A stretch of DNA of 52,166 bases from a virus. Taxonomy: Duplodnaviria > Heunggongvirae > Uroviricota > Caudoviricetes. Each line of letters opens with the position of its first letter. The first letter of the stretch is position 1. Positions 19,386 to 30,106 of the stretch are shown in pieces. The notes below the pieces were generated by a model. That model worked only from the letters and a program-made list of their open reading frames with translations. It was not told where the DNA came from and did no database searches. The position numbers were made by a program, and so were the translations under genes. The stretch lies in the IMG/VR virus record IMGVR_UViG_2844443253_000003, one strand, 5' to 3'.

Positions 19386-20837
19386 GACCCGCGTAATATT
19401 GATTATGGCCTGCCGGTGACCATTCCGTTTTTACTCTTCCCTAAGCAGGAGGAGTGGATCCACTGGATTATGGAACGCTGGGGCAATCGGGAGAATGGTA
19501 TTACCGAAAAATCCCGTGAAATGGGGCTCAGTTGGACCGCGATCGGACTGGCCTGCTCGCTTTGTCTCTTCAACAAAGAAATGGTTATCGGTTTCGGCTC
19601 CCGTAAAGAGGAATACGTCGACAGCACTGGTGACCCGAAAGCATTGTTCTGGAAGGCACGCAAGTTCGTGGAAACGCTACCTGTAGAGTTTCGCGGTTCG
19701 TGGAGTGAGAAGAAGCACGCGCCATATATGCGTGTTGAGTTTCCTGAAACTGGTGCCGTTATCAAAGGCGAGGCTGGCGATAATATTGGTCGTGGTGACC
19801 GTACCACGCTTTATCTGGTTGATGAGGCTGCATTCCTTCAGCGTCCTCTACTGATTGATGCGGCGTTGTCACAAACGACGCGTTGCCGTATCGACCTGAG
19901 TTCAGTTAACGGCATGGCTAACCCGTTCGCTCAGAAGCGTCATGGCGGGAAGATACCGGTATTCACATTCCACTGGCGGGATGATCCTCGCAAGGATGAA
20001 GAGTGGTATCGCAGGGAATGCGAGAAAATCGATAATCCGGTGGTGGTGGCACAGGAACTTGATCTGAACTACAGCGCATCAGCGGAAGGCGTTCTGATTC
20101 CATCCGAATGGGTACAGGCTGCCGTTGATGCGCATATCAAACTGGGTATCCAGCCAACAGGCAAACGACTTGGCGCGATGGATGTCGCCGACGAAGGCAG
20201 GGACAAAAATGCCTTTTCCACCCGTCATGGCTTCCTCCTGGAAAATGTGCGGGAATGGTCCGGTGTGGGCAGCGACATTTATCAGTCCGTCGAGAAGGTT
20301 TTCGGCTTTTGCGAACAGGACAACCTCGAAGAGTTTCGCTTTGACGAGGACGGGCTGGGCGCTGGCGTTCGCGGCGATGCACGCGCTATCAACGAACTGC
20401 GTAACGCTGCGCGTCGACCGTCAATACTTGCCACACCGTTTCGAGGTAGTGGCGCGGTATTTGATCCGGATGATGAAGCTGTTCGCGGGGACAACGGGCA
20501 AGCCGCACGTCTGAACAAGGACTTCTTCGCTAACGCCAAAGCCCAGAGCTGGTGGCGGTTACGTAAACTTTTTCAGAATACCTGGCGCGCCGTGGTTGAA
20601 GGTATGGCTTACAACCCGGACGAAATCATCTCAATCAGCAGTAGCATGGCACTCAAAGATAAACTCATCATCGAGCTTTCGCAGCCGACCTATTCCATTA
20701 ATGGTGTGGGAAAAATCGTTATTGATAAACAGCCTGATGGAACCCGATCGCCAAACCTTGCCGACTCGGTGATGATCAACTATGCCCCAATGAATTCAGC
20801 CCTGAACATCTGGGAGCTGCTAGGGAGACAGGCCTGA
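19386..20837 (+). pseudogene. terminase large subunit, C-terminal remainder
   Basis: frame continues DPRNIDYG... after IS911; ATPase-like segment [11 protein letters not shown]. Confidence 0.75.
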
Positions 20838-22306
20838 TGGCACGAAACAAACAAGCCCTGCGGCGAACTGCGCAGGCCACAGCTGATGGTTATGAGAATT
20901 TTATTGCCCGCGTAGGGATGCAGACGCCTAACCAGCACTCAGCATCGACCTACCGGGCTAACTTCACCAGCCGCAACCGCATGCTGGTGGAATGGTCCTA
21001 TCGTTCGTCCTGGATCATCGGCGAAGCGGTCGACGCTATCCCGGACGATATGACCCGGAAAGGCATTCGCATCACTTCGGAGATTGACGCCAAAGACCGT
21101 GGCACCCTGGAAGCGCAGCTGGATGAGTTGCAGATCTGGGATGCGCTGAACGACGTGCTGAAATGGTCGCGCCTCTACGGCGGCGCGGTCGGCTTCATCA
21201 TGATCGAGGGGCAGGCACCAATGACCCCGCTGCGGCTCGAAACCATTGGAGAAGGCAAGTTTAAGGGCATTCTCCCGCTCGACCGCTGGATGATTAACCC
21301 GGTCCTGACCCGCCGCATTAAAGAGATGGGGCCGGATCTCGGCAAACCTGAGTTTTACGACGTGGTGACCACTGCCACGGGCATTCCAGCCTGGCGCATC
21401 CATCACAGCCGCCTGATTCGCTTCGACGGGGTGACGCTGCCATTCCAGCAGAAGATGACCGAAAACGAATGGGGAATGTCGGTTGTAGAGCGTATCTGGG
21501 ATCGGCTTACTGCGTTCGACAGCGCCACTGTCGGCGCGGCGCAGCTGGTCTACAAAGCGCATTTGCGTACCTACAGCGTGGAGAAGCTACGCGAGCTTAT
21601 CGCACTTGGTGGTCCTGCGTATGAAGCGTTGCTGAAGAATATCGACCTGATTCGACAGTTCCAGAGCAATGAAGGCATGACGCTCATGGACTCGCGGGAT
21701 AAGTTTGAAACGCATCAGTACAGCTTCAGTGGTCTGGATGACATCCTATCGCAGTTTGCAGAACAGATTAGTGGCGCTGTTGGTATTCCACTGGTGCGGT
21801 TGTTCGGACAGTCCCCGAAAGGATTTTCTACCGGTGATGCAGATCTTGCCAACTATTACGACCGCATCAGTTCGTTGCAGGAGAGACGTTTACGTCTTCC
21901 GGTGCGGCGGATACTGGACATCATGCATCGTTCGGAACTTGGCAAGCCGCTCCCGGATGATTTCACGTTTGAGTTTAACCCGCTCTGGCAAATGTCTGAT
22001 GTCGATCGCTCAACGGTGGCGTTAAACACCACCAACGCAATCAGTACGGCGCTGGGTGATGGTCTGATGACACTGAAAGCCGCTATGACTGATTTGCGCG
22101 AAAACTCTGACGTCACCGGCATCGGGGCATCCATTACCGACGAGGACATAGAGAATGCCGAAGACGAAGCGCCGCCAGGCATCGGCGAACTTGGCGACAA
22201 CCCGCCAGAGTCGCCAGGCGGAGATCCGATATCGAACGAGCCTACGGCAGATAGCGCGGGCGGTCGGGGATATCGTAAATGGGCGCTACGATGGTTCAAA
22301 CGATAG
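20837..22306 (+). CDS. portal protein
   Basis: 489 aa directly after terL; acidic C-terminal tail. Confidence 0.75.
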   Translation: MARNKQALRRTAQATADGYENFIARVGMQTPNQHSASTYRANFTSRNRMLVEWSYRSSWIIGEAVDAIPDDMTRKGIRITSEIDAKDRGTLEAQLDELQIWDALNDVLKWSRLYGGAVGFIMIEGQAPMTPLRLETIGEGKFKGILPLDRWMINPVLTRRIKEMGPDLGKPEFYDVVTTATGIPAWRIHHSRLIRFDGVTLPFQQKMTENEWGMSVVERIWDRLTAFDSATVGAAQLVYKAHLRTYSVEKLRELIALGGPAYEALLKNIDLIRQFQSNEGMTLMDSRDKFETHQYSFSGLDDILSQFAEQISGAVGIPLVRLFGQSPKGFSTGDADLANYYDRISSLQERRLRLPVRRILDIMHRSELGKPLPDDFTFEFNPLWQMSDVDRSTVALNTTNAISTALGDGLMTLKAAMTDLRENSDVTGIGASITDEDIENAEDEAPPGIGELGDNPPESPGGDPISNEPTADSAGGRGYRKWALRWFKR

Positions 22307-22928
22307 CGTCACCGAAATCATGGATGCGCTGGAGCGCTACAGCGAAATCATCACCCCCTGGGCGACGAAGGTTGCTGAGAACTTTACCGCCGACATTGCG
22401 CGCCAGAATGAAAAGCAGTGGCGTCAGCACAGCCGGAACATCAGTGCAGAGCTGCGCAACATGGTTGACCGCGCCCCGGTAGGCCAGTTGATGAAATCCA
22501 TCGTTGCCGAGCAGATTAAGTACATCAAATCGCTACCTCTTGAGGCCGCCGATCGGGTGTATGACATTCAGAACAAAGCCATCGAGGCCGTTGTGACTGG
22601 TGGCCGCGCTGAGCCATTCGCGAAAGAGATAGCTGCGTCCGGTGACGTGTCACGCTCACGAGCGAACCTTATCGCCCGTACCGAGCTTGGACGCGCAATC
22701 GGCGCGCTCGATCAGGCGCGTGCGCTGTCAATCGGCTCGAATGGTTATATCTGGCGTACAGCCGAAGATGGCGACGTCCGGCATTCTCATCGGGAGATGG
22801 AAGGTAAGTTTGTCGAATGGGGCCGACCTCCAACGCTTGACGGTATGACCGGTCACGCTGGTGAGCTGCCGAACTGCCGCTGTTACAAAGAAATCGTCTT
22901 CCCCAACCCTCATTCTTATCTCGCCTGA
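22155..22928 (+). CDS. head morphogenesis protein (Mu F-like minor head protein); start may be 22320
   Basis: follows portal; overlaps portal by about 150 nt if the first ATG is used. Confidence 0.55.
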   Translation: MPKTKRRQASANLATTRQSRQAEIRYRTSLRQIARAVGDIVNGRYDGSNDSVTEIMDALERYSEIITPWATKVAENFTADIARQNEKQWRQHSRNISAELRNMVDRAPVGQLMKSIVAEQIKYIKSLPLEAADRVYDIQNKAIEAVVTGGRAEPFAKEIAASGDVSRSRANLIARTELGRAIGALDQARALSIGSNGYIWRTAEDGDVRHSHREMEGKFVEWGRPPTLDGMTGHAGELPNCRCYKEIVFPNPHSYLA

Positions 22929-22942
22929 ATCGCAGGTAAACC

Positions 22943-24163
22943 ATGAAATATTTTTTCAATACCCGGCTGGGGGAAACCCGCTATCAGCTGGCTGACGGCT
23001 CGCTGCTGTGCAAAGACGTGCCGATAGGTCGAACGGGTAAGCAGCTCTACGGCGCTGCCGATCTGCCAAACCTCAAACCCGACAAGCTCGGTGAGATAGT
23101 CGTAACGCGTTCTCCTGAGCAGGTATTCCATCCGGCCACGCTCGCCTCATTCGAAGGGATGAGCATCACGATCCTGCATCCTGAAGATGAAAACGGGAAT
23201 GTGCGGCTGGTAAATCCCGAGAACTGGAAAGAGCTTGCTGTCGGGCATCTTCAGAATGTGCGGCGCGGGACTGGTGACCAGTCTGATTTGATGCTGGCTG
23301 ACCTTATCATCAAAGACGAAAGCGCCATTCAGCTTATCGAAGATGGCCTGCGTGAAGTGTCGTGTGGCTATGACGCGGAGTACGAGCAGACCGAGCCAGG
23401 TAAAGCCGAGCAGGTCGATATTACCGGAAACCATGTGGCTCTTGTCCCTAAAGGCAGAGCCGGAAATCGTTGTGCAATTGGAGACAGAGACACAATGGCA
23501 AATCAAAAGAAAAGCTGGTGGACCCGCATGCGCACGGCCATCAAAACGGGTGACGCTGACACCATGAACGAACTGGTGGAGTCGGCTCCCGCATCGGTTA
23601 CAGGAGATGAGGGGGATTTGCCGCAGGGCGTTAATCTCAACATCAACCTGTCCCCGCAGCAACCGCTACCGGACAAAGCACCAGAGATGGGCGGAGGTCC
23701 AACCGGCGACAGTGATGATGACCTCAAAACATTACTGAAAGCCCTGCTGGCTAAGCTGGAAGGAAATGCCACGGGCGATAACGATAATAAACCTGACGCT
23801 AATCCGACCGGTGACGGCGAGGACGATGAAGAGGAAACCACGATTACTGGTGACTCAGCCTGGCGTGCCGAAGTTATCGTTCCGGGTATCGATCTGAGCC
23901 GTAAGATGAAACCGACCGCGTTCAAACGCGAGGTTCTGGCTTCCGCTGACAAAACGCTGGTTCGCCAGATAGTCGGTGATGCGGATATCCGCAAATTACC
24001 GAAACAATCGGTCGACATGGCGTTTAATGCCGTGTCTGAGATTGCCAAAGGGCGAAACACCCGCGCCACCACCGGCGATGCACAGCGCCCAAACATGGGC
24101 ATGACCAGTATCGCTTCCCTGAACAAACAAAACGCTGAATTCTGGGCAAACCGTAAAGGGTAA
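22943..24163 (+). CDS. putative scaffold/prohead protease-like head protein
   Basis: 406 aa with low-complexity acidic/Gly-rich middle; position between Mu F-like and capsid genes. Confidence 0.4.
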   Translation: MKYFFNTRLGETRYQLADGSLLCKDVPIGRTGKQLYGAADLPNLKPDKLGEIVVTRSPEQVFHPATLASFEGMSITILHPEDENGNVRLVNPENWKELAVGHLQNVRRGTGDQSDLMLADLIIKDESAIQLIEDGLREVSCGYDAEYEQTEPGKAEQVDITGNHVALVPKGRAGNRCAIGDRDTMANQKKSWWTRMRTAIKTGDADTMNELVESAPASVTGDEGDLPQGVNLNINLSPQQPLPDKAPEMGGGPTGDSDDDLKTLLKALLAKLEGNATGDNDNKPDANPTGDGEDDEEETTITGDSAWRAEVIVPGIDLSRKMKPTAFKREVLASADKTLVRQIVGDADIRKLPKQSVDMAFNAVSEIAKGRNTRATTGDAQRPNMGMTSIASLNKQNAEFWANRKG

Positions 24164-24166
24164 AAA

Positions 24167-24673
24167 ATGAATAATGTATTTCTGTACCGGATGCCTGTTG
24201 GCATTGCCGGGGCTGTCTCTCGCCCGCAGGACTTAACCGTCGAACCGGTGGTCCTTAAATCCGATAACGCCTTCGCTGCCTATGGCCTGGCTGGTAAATA
24301 CGATGATGACGGTTTTTTCGTGCCGCTGGCAGATGGTGATACCGCAGACAAGGTGAAGGGGATCTACGTGCGCCCTTATCCGACCACGTCGCAGCCGGAC
24401 ATGGTTCGCCAGGTGGGAACAGGCAAGAACTTCCCGGGCGACGCCATGAAGCGTGGCTACGTGACTGTTAATCTCGGTTCTGATTTTGATGCCAGCACCA
24501 TCAAAAAAGGCGACCCGGTATACGTTGTCGTCTCCACTGATGAATCTATCAAAGTGCCGCTGGGTGGATTCATGTCCACGTCAGTCAGTGGCAAAAACGT
24601 GGTGCTGACCAACGCTGAATTCACAGGTGCCGGTGATGCTGACGGCAATGCAGAAATTTCCTGGAAGATTTAA
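24167..24673 (+). CDS. putative head decoration/structural protein
   Basis: 168-aa ORF immediately upstream of major capsid gene. Confidence 0.4.
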   Translation: MNNVFLYRMPVGIAGAVSRPQDLTVEPVVLKSDNAFAAYGLAGKYDDDGFFVPLADGDTADKVKGIYVRPYPTTSQPDMVRQVGTGKNFPGDAMKRGYVTVNLGSDFDASTIKKGDPVYVVVSTDESIKVPLGGFMSTSVSGKNVVLTNAEFTGAGDADGNAEISWKI

Positions 24674-24684
24674 GGAACAGACGA

Positions 24685-25626
24685 ATGATTACTTTTGATC
24701 AGGCAACCGTTGACAGCTCTGGTGCCTTTCTCATCGGGGAGCTGGAGCGACTCGACCAGACGCTGAACCTGCCACTGGTGGGGTACACCTGGACCCGCGA
24801 TATTCAGTTGCGTGAAGATGTCTCTATCGCAGATGACATTTCCAGCTGGACGAATACCAGCTTCGCCGCTGCGGGTACTGGTGCAAATCCGAATGGAAAA
24901 AACTGGGTAGGCAAAGACTCAACCGCTATTGCTGGCGTAAACGTGGATATCGGCAAATCCGGTAACCCGCTGAACCTGTGGGGGATGGAACTTGGCTGGA
25001 CGGTCATAGAATTGCAGGCTGCTCAGCAGGTCGGCCGCCCGATTGATACGCAGAAGTATGACGGTATGCAGCTGAAATGGCAGATGGATAACGATGAACA
25101 GGTATATGTTGGCGATTCCGCATTAAACCTGAAAGGCCTTGTTACCCTGGACGGCGTGCCTGTCAACAACGCTGCTAAAACGTGGGCAACCTCAACACCG
25201 GACGAAATCCGCGCAAGCATTAACCAGGTGCTGTCTGATGCGTGGGCCGCTTCCGGTTACTCTGTGGTTCCGCGTGATTTGCTGATCCCGCCTGAGCAGT
25301 TTGCTCTGTTGTCCAGCATCATCGTTTCATCTGCGGGTAACCAGTCCCTGTTGACGTACCTTCAGACCAACACCATCAGCTATCACCAGAACGGTGTTCC
25401 GCTGAATATCCGCGCGGTTAAATGGCTGAAAGGCCGTGGTGTGGGGAATAAGGATCGCATGATTGCGTACACCAACGATAAAAAATACGTCCGTTACCCG
25501 CTGGTTCCGCTTCAGAGCGTGCCGGTGCAGTATCGCGGTCTGTATCAGATCGTCACTTACTACGGCAAGCTGGGTGCGGTCGAGCCAGTGTATAAAGAAA
25601 CTCTGTCCTATGTGGACGGTATCTGA
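24685..25626 (+). CDS. major capsid protein
   Basis: 313 aa in canonical position; strong RBS-type spacing. Confidence 0.7.
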   Translation: MITFDQATVDSSGAFLIGELERLDQTLNLPLVGYTWTRDIQLREDVSIADDISSWTNTSFAAAGTGANPNGKNWVGKDSTAIAGVNVDIGKSGNPLNLWGMELGWTVIELQAAQQVGRPIDTQKYDGMQLKWQMDNDEQVYVGDSALNLKGLVTLDGVPVNNAAKTWATSTPDEIRASINQVLSDAWAASGYSVVPRDLLIPPEQFALLSSIIVSSAGNQSLLTYLQTNTISYHQNGVPLNIRAVKWLKGRGVGNKDRMIAYTNDKKYVRYPLVPLQSVPVQYRGLYQIVTYYGKLGAVEPVYKETLSYVDGI

Positions 25627-25666
25627 TAACCAGAATGGCCCCGAAAGGGGCCTGAAGGAAACTGAA

Positions 25667-26035
25667 ATGGCGAAAGAAAAACTGGTTACCATCCATGTTC
25701 ACACCCCGTTTACGCTGACGCTCGGCGATCAGTCAAAACAGGAGTTTGGCCGGGGACGACATAACGTACCGGAAGAGGTCGCGTCGCACTGGTTCACCCA
25801 GGCGCATTCTGAGATTTCCGAAAGCGTGATTAGCGACACCGATGATCTGCAACCCATTGTCGACGGCCTGCAAGCGCAGATTGCTGACAAAGATAAGCTG
25901 ATTGCCGATCTGAAAGATGCATTGCTCAAACTGCAGGAGCAGAACGACAGCCTGCAGGTACAGATTACTGCCGCCCGGACTGGCGGTAATGGGGCTAAAG
26001 ATGCCAAAGAATCAAAGTCTGCCAGCGGTAAGTGA
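25667..26035 (+). CDS. hypothetical head-associated protein (start at MAKEKLV)
   Basis: RBS AAGGAAACTGAAATG after capsid stop. Confidence 0.4.
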   Translation: MAKEKLVTIHVHTPFTLTLGDQSKQEFGRGRHNVPEEVASHWFTQAHSEISESVISDTDDLQPIVDGLQAQIADKDKLIADLKDALLKLQEQNDSLQVQITAARTGGNGAKDAKESKSASGK

Positions 26036-26408
26036 TTTTCGCCGCGACTTCCCGCAGTTTGCTGACCCGGCAAAATATCCCGACGCCCAAATCGGGTTCC
26101 GTCTGAATCTGGCCGATGAACTGCTGAGCGAAAATGTCACCGGCAAAAAGTTGTTTCCGTACTTTGCCGGATTGTTCGTTGCGCACTACATGACGCTCTG
26201 GGCGGCTGACAGCAGGGCGATGCTGGCTGGTGGTCCTGGCGGCTCAACCAATGGTGTTCAGTCCTCAAAGTCCGTTGACAAGGTAAGTGTCAGTTATGAC
26301 ACCAGCGCGACGCTGAATCCTGATGCAGGTTTCTGGAATAACACCCGATATGGCGCTGAATTTTATCAGTTGATCACGATGTTCGGTGCAGGTGGTCGCC
26401 AGCTATGA
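25989..26408 (+). CDS. hypothetical virion protein (start uncertain)
   Basis: ORF in head-tail joining region. Confidence 0.4.
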   Translation: MGLKMPKNQSLPAVSDFRRDFPQFADPAKYPDAQIGFRLNLADELLSENVTGKKLFPYFAGLFVAHYMTLWAADSRAMLAGGPGGSTNGVQSSKSVDKVSVSYDTSATLNPDAGFWNNTRYGAEFYQLITMFGAGGRQL

Positions 26409-26959
26409 GTTTCAAAAGCGGTGTAACAACGAGGGTGGATAACGCTAAGGCCATTCTGGATGCGCTCAGGTCGTTAACCAAAAAAGATGTGCTGGTCGGC
26501 ATCCCTTCGGAAGACAGCGGGCGGGATGATGTTCCGTTTGGTAATGCGGGCATCGGTTACATCAACGAATACGGCTCACCAGAGCAGAACATCCCGCCAC
26601 GACCTCACCTGGTCCCCGGCGTTAAATCGGCAGAAGAGCAGACGGTGCCGCAGCTCAAAGCCGCGGCGCAGGCTGCACTTGATGGTAATGCTGCGGGAGC
26701 AGAAAGTGCACTCAACCGTGCCGGAACGCTGGCCGTTAATGGCGTCAGGCGTTACATGACCATTACCGGCTTTACGCCGCTTGCTGACAGTACTGTTGAA
26801 GCCAGGGCTCGTCGGGGGCGCAAGGGGGCAACATTGGAACTTGCCCGGCGTGCTGCTGGCGAATCCCCGGGAACCGAACTGGCGAAACCATTAATTGACA
26901 CCGGGCAATATCGCAGAGCGATTACCCATGTAGTGAGGGATAAAGATGCCGACTCTTGA
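26405..26959 (+). CDS. hypothetical virion protein
   Basis: 184-aa ORF, overlapping-stop coupling. Confidence 0.45.
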   Translation: MSFKSGVTTRVDNAKAILDALRSLTKKDVLVGIPSEDSGRDDVPFGNAGIGYINEYGSPEQNIPPRPHLVPGVKSAEEQTVPQLKAAAQAALDGNAAGAESALNRAGTLAVNGVRRYMTITGFTPLADSTVEARARRGRKGATLELARRAAGESPGTELAKPLIDTGQYRRAITHVVRDKDADS

Positions 26960-27335
26960 TGTAACAGATGTGCTTTTTGACCCCGATTTTTGCGACTTCA
27001 ATTTGTGGGTAACACGCCGAGTGCAAACGGTTGATGAGGACGGGATCGGCAGCGACAGTGAAGTTAAAAAGCAGTTTGCCGGAGTCGTAACTGTTGATCG
27101 CTCTCTGGAAAACCGCCGTATGCAGGCAGGGCAGGTAATCAGCGGTGCAATTCTGATTGTGACGACTGAGCGACTGACGCAGGGACAGACTGGCCGTGAT
27201 GCCGATATCGTGACGTATCAGGGCCGTGATTATCGTGTGACCTTCGTCGACCCGTATACAGCTTATGGGGCCGGATTCGTTCAGGCGCATTGTGAGTTGA
27301 TGCCGTTTGATGGGGGAACTCCGGTTGAGCAATAA
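26946..27335 (+). CDS. hypothetical head-tail joining protein
   Basis: 129-aa ORF. Confidence 0.45.
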   Translation: MPTLDVTDVLFDPDFCDFNLWVTRRVQTVDEDGIGSDSEVKKQFAGVVTVDRSLENRRMQAGQVISGAILIVTTERLTQGQTGRDADIVTYQGRDYRVTFVDPYTAYGAGFVQAHCELMPFDGGTPVEQ

Positions 27336-27873
27336 CACCAGTACAGAGCGCGGATGGTTAATACCAACCAGTGGCGATCCGGATTATGACGAAGCGCTCG
27401 ACAGGCTGTTAAGCCAGTGGATGCGTAACGTTTCCGGCCTGTCTGCCAGGATGGTTCGCCCGCGCTGGCAGAAAGAGCAGCCGCCACTGCTACCGGTTGA
27501 AACGAACTGGTGTGCGTTTGGGGTTATCGGATGGTCAGGTGATGACAGTCCGGCATTCACCAGACAGACCGATAATAGCTCTCAGCTCTGGCGGCATGAA
27601 ACGATTGAGTGTATGGCTTCGTTTTATGGACCGGCGGGGATGGTGTATGCGTCCCGGTTTCGTGACGGTATATCTGTGCCGCAGAACAATGCTGCACTGA
27701 ATGCGCTGGGGCTGTCTCTTGGCGATTACACAGGTCTGACTCCCTTCCCTGAACTTATTAATCAGCAATGGGTCCGCCGCTACGATATGACGGTGCGTCT
27801 GCGCCGGAAGGTTGTGCGCGAGTACGGTATTAAATCGCTGGTGGAAGCACCAGTCATCTTTTTCGGAGATTAA
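27307..27873 (+). CDS. hypothetical virion protein
   Basis: 188-aa ORF. Confidence 0.45.
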   Translation: MMGELRLSNNTSTERGWLIPTSGDPDYDEALDRLLSQWMRNVSGLSARMVRPRWQKEQPPLLPVETNWCAFGVIGWSGDDSPAFTRQTDNSSQLWRHETIECMASFYGPAGMVYASRFRDGISVPQNNAALNALGLSLGDYTGLTPFPELINQQWVRRYDMTVRLRRKVVREYGIKSLVEAPVIFFGD

Positions 27874-27876
27874 GCT

Positions 27877-29022
27877 ATGGCACAGGGCTTGCCTGTATCA
27901 AACGTTGTTAATGTTGATGTGATCATGTCGCCGCGTGCAGCATCAGGGCGAAATTTTGGTGCATTACTCATTCTCGGCCCGTCCACAATAATTCCGGTAA
28001 GTGAGCGCATTCGCCGTTATTCTGCCGCGGAAGATATTGGAAAAGATTTTGGCGTGGAATCACCAGAATATAAGGCTGCGCAGGTGTTTTTCTCACAATC
28101 ACCGAAACCTCAGGAGGTTTTTGTTGGTCGTTGGGTGAAAACGAAGGGAGACAGCGAACAGGCCACGCCTGAGACGCTGGAGCAGGCTGTGAATGCCATG
28201 CTCGATTATACTTCATGGTATGGGCTGGGGATTGCAGACGATGAAGATATTCCGGATGCAGACTGGCTGAAAGTGGCTGCGGCGATCGAATCCTCTTCTG
28301 TAAGCCGTATTCTGGCGATTACGACAAGCGATGAGAAATGCCTGCAGACTGCATCCAGCGATGATTTGGCATCAAAACTGAAAACCGCCGGATATTCACG
28401 CAGTTTTATTCAATATTCATCGGGTAATAAATACGCTGCGTTATCTGCATTTGGCCGGGCATTCACGGTTAATTTCAATGGCAGTAATACCGCGATTACG
28501 CTCAAGTTTAAGCAGGAGCCGGGTGTCGGGTATGAAACACTGACAGTCAGCCAGGCATCGGCACTTGATGCAAAAAACTGCAATGTGTTCGTGTACTACC
28601 AGAATGATACAGCTATCCTCCAGCAGGGAGTGATGGCTAACGGCGATTTCTTTGATGAACGCCACGGCCTGGACTGGTTACAGAATTATGTGCAGACCAA
28701 CCTCTATAACCTGCTTTATACCAGCACCACGAAAGTTCCCCAGACTGAAGCCGGTATTACCCGACTGTTATCAAATGTTGAAAAATCACTGGATCAGGCC
28801 GTTCAGAATGGACTGATTGCTCCGGGCGTATGGAACGGGGGCGACCTTGGCCAGTTGTCATCAGGTGACACGCTGCCCAAAGGTTATTACGTATACGCCC
28901 AGCCGCTGGATGAACAGGCACAATCAGAACGTGAAGCCCGTAAGGCTCCGGTGATTCAGGCTGCAATAAAACTTGCAGGCGCGGTTCATTACGCTGACGT
29001 ACAGATTAACGTTGTTCGCTAA
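27877..29022 (+). CDS. putative tail sheath protein
   Basis: 381 aa; gene order sheath-tube-chaperone-tape measure. Confidence 0.5.
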   Translation: MAQGLPVSNVVNVDVIMSPRAASGRNFGALLILGPSTIIPVSERIRRYSAAEDIGKDFGVESPEYKAAQVFFSQSPKPQEVFVGRWVKTKGDSEQATPETLEQAVNAMLDYTSWYGLGIADDEDIPDADWLKVAAAIESSSVSRILAITTSDEKCLQTASSDDLASKLKTAGYSRSFIQYSSGNKYAALSAFGRAFTVNFNGSNTAITLKFKQEPGVGYETLTVSQASALDAKNCNVFVYYQNDTAILQQGVMANGDFFDERHGLDWLQNYVQTNLYNLLYTSTTKVPQTEAGITRLLSNVEKSLDQAVQNGLIAPGVWNGGDLGQLSSGDTLPKGYYVYAQPLDEQAQSEREARKAPVIQAAIKLAGAVHYADVQINVVR

Positions 29023-29032
29023 GGGGAAGTGA

Positions 29033-29473
29033 ATGTCTACCTATTCTTTTATGGATGTCACTGCGACGCTGACCGGGCCGACCGGTTCGATTGACCTCGG
29101 GTACGGTTCTGCAAGTTCTGAAGAGGGGATTGTGGTTGCGATGGGCGGTCCTAAAAACACCATGACCATCGGTGCTGATGGCGAAGTGATGCACAGTCTC
29201 CATGCAGATAAAAGCGGGACGATTACCGTTAACCTTCTGAAGACATCACCGACAAATAAAAAATTGTCGCTGGCGTATAACGCACAGAGCCAGTCTTCTG
29301 CCACATGGGGGAATAACGTTATTGTGATCCGAAACAAGGTCAGCGGCGACATCATCACGGCACGTAGTGTTGCGTTCCAGAAACAACCGGATAATGCCAA
29401 CGCTAAAACCGGTAATACGATGCCATGGGTGTTTGACTGCGGCAAGATTGACCAGGTTCTCGGGGAGTTTTAA
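29033..29473 (+). CDS. putative tail tube protein
   Basis: 146 aa following sheath candidate. Confidence 0.5.
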   Translation: MSTYSFMDVTATLTGPTGSIDLGYGSASSEEGIVVAMGGPKNTMTIGADGEVMHSLHADKSGTITVNLLKTSPTNKKLSLAYNAQSQSSATWGNNVIVIRNKVSGDIITARSVAFQKQPDNANAKTGNTMPWVFDCGKIDQVLGEF

Positions 29474-29476
29474 TAC

Positions 29477-29929
29477 ATGGAATTCGAAATCAAAGGCGTG
29501 AAATATCGCGCGGCAAAACTCAGCGTTTTTGATCAGCTGAAAGTGACCCGCAAACTTCTGCCGGTGCTGGCAGGAATGATGTCAGATTTCGGGAGCATTC
29601 GCTCCCGTTTGCCTGCTGATGGCAAAATCGACACCGTGAAATTCGAGCAGTTAAAACCGGTGTTTGAAACCATGCTCCCGCGTATCGCTGAGGAACTGTC
29701 TTCCCTGACCGAAGATGACACCAGTGCGATTATTCATCCCTGTCTTGCGGTGGTATCGCGGCGTCATATGGACGGATGGGTTCCGGTATTTACCCAGGGC
29801 GAACTGATGTTTGATGATATTGACTTGCTGGTCATGCTGCATCTGGTGGCGCGGGTGGTCGCCGATTCGCTGGGAAATTTTTTGCCTACACCCCTTACCA
29901 GCACGACGCAGAGCCTGCAACAGGGCTGA
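29477..29929 (+). CDS. tail assembly chaperone (short form); candidate -1 frameshift extension to 30117
   Basis: 150 aa; slippery T TTT TTG at 29878-29884 and open -1 frame of 78 codons reaching the tape-measure start. Confidence 0.5.
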   Translation: MEFEIKGVKYRAAKLSVFDQLKVTRKLLPVLAGMMSDFGSIRSRLPADGKIDTVKFEQLKPVFETMLPRIAEELSSLTEDDTSAIIHPCLAVVSRRHMDGWVPVFTQGELMFDDIDLLVMLHLVARVVADSLGNFLPTPLTSTTQSLQQG

Positions 29930-30106
29930 CGTTTAACAGCCTGCCGGACGGGCTGTCTTACCTTCTCAATCCGGTTGACGCCGGGTTAATTCCTTATACA
30001 GCACTTAAAGATGGCTCTGTCGATTTGTACGACATTGCTCTCTTGAATGACCATCTGGCGGTAAAAGCGGATAACCAGCGGCGCATTGAGAAATGGAGAG
30101 AGGATA

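Noticed and set aside
22155-22306. 150-nt overlap between portal and head-morphogenesis ORFs as a possible programmed frameshift
   Set aside because: No slippery heptamer seen; an alternative start at 22320 after the portal stop explains it more simply.
20939-24204. Several minus-strand ORFs (20939-21562, 21856-22299, 23147-23662, 23503-24204) inside portal and head genes
   Set aside because: Antisense ORFs within a co-directional structural operon; Arg/Pro/Ser-rich compositions typical of out-of-frame translation of GC-rich coding DNA.
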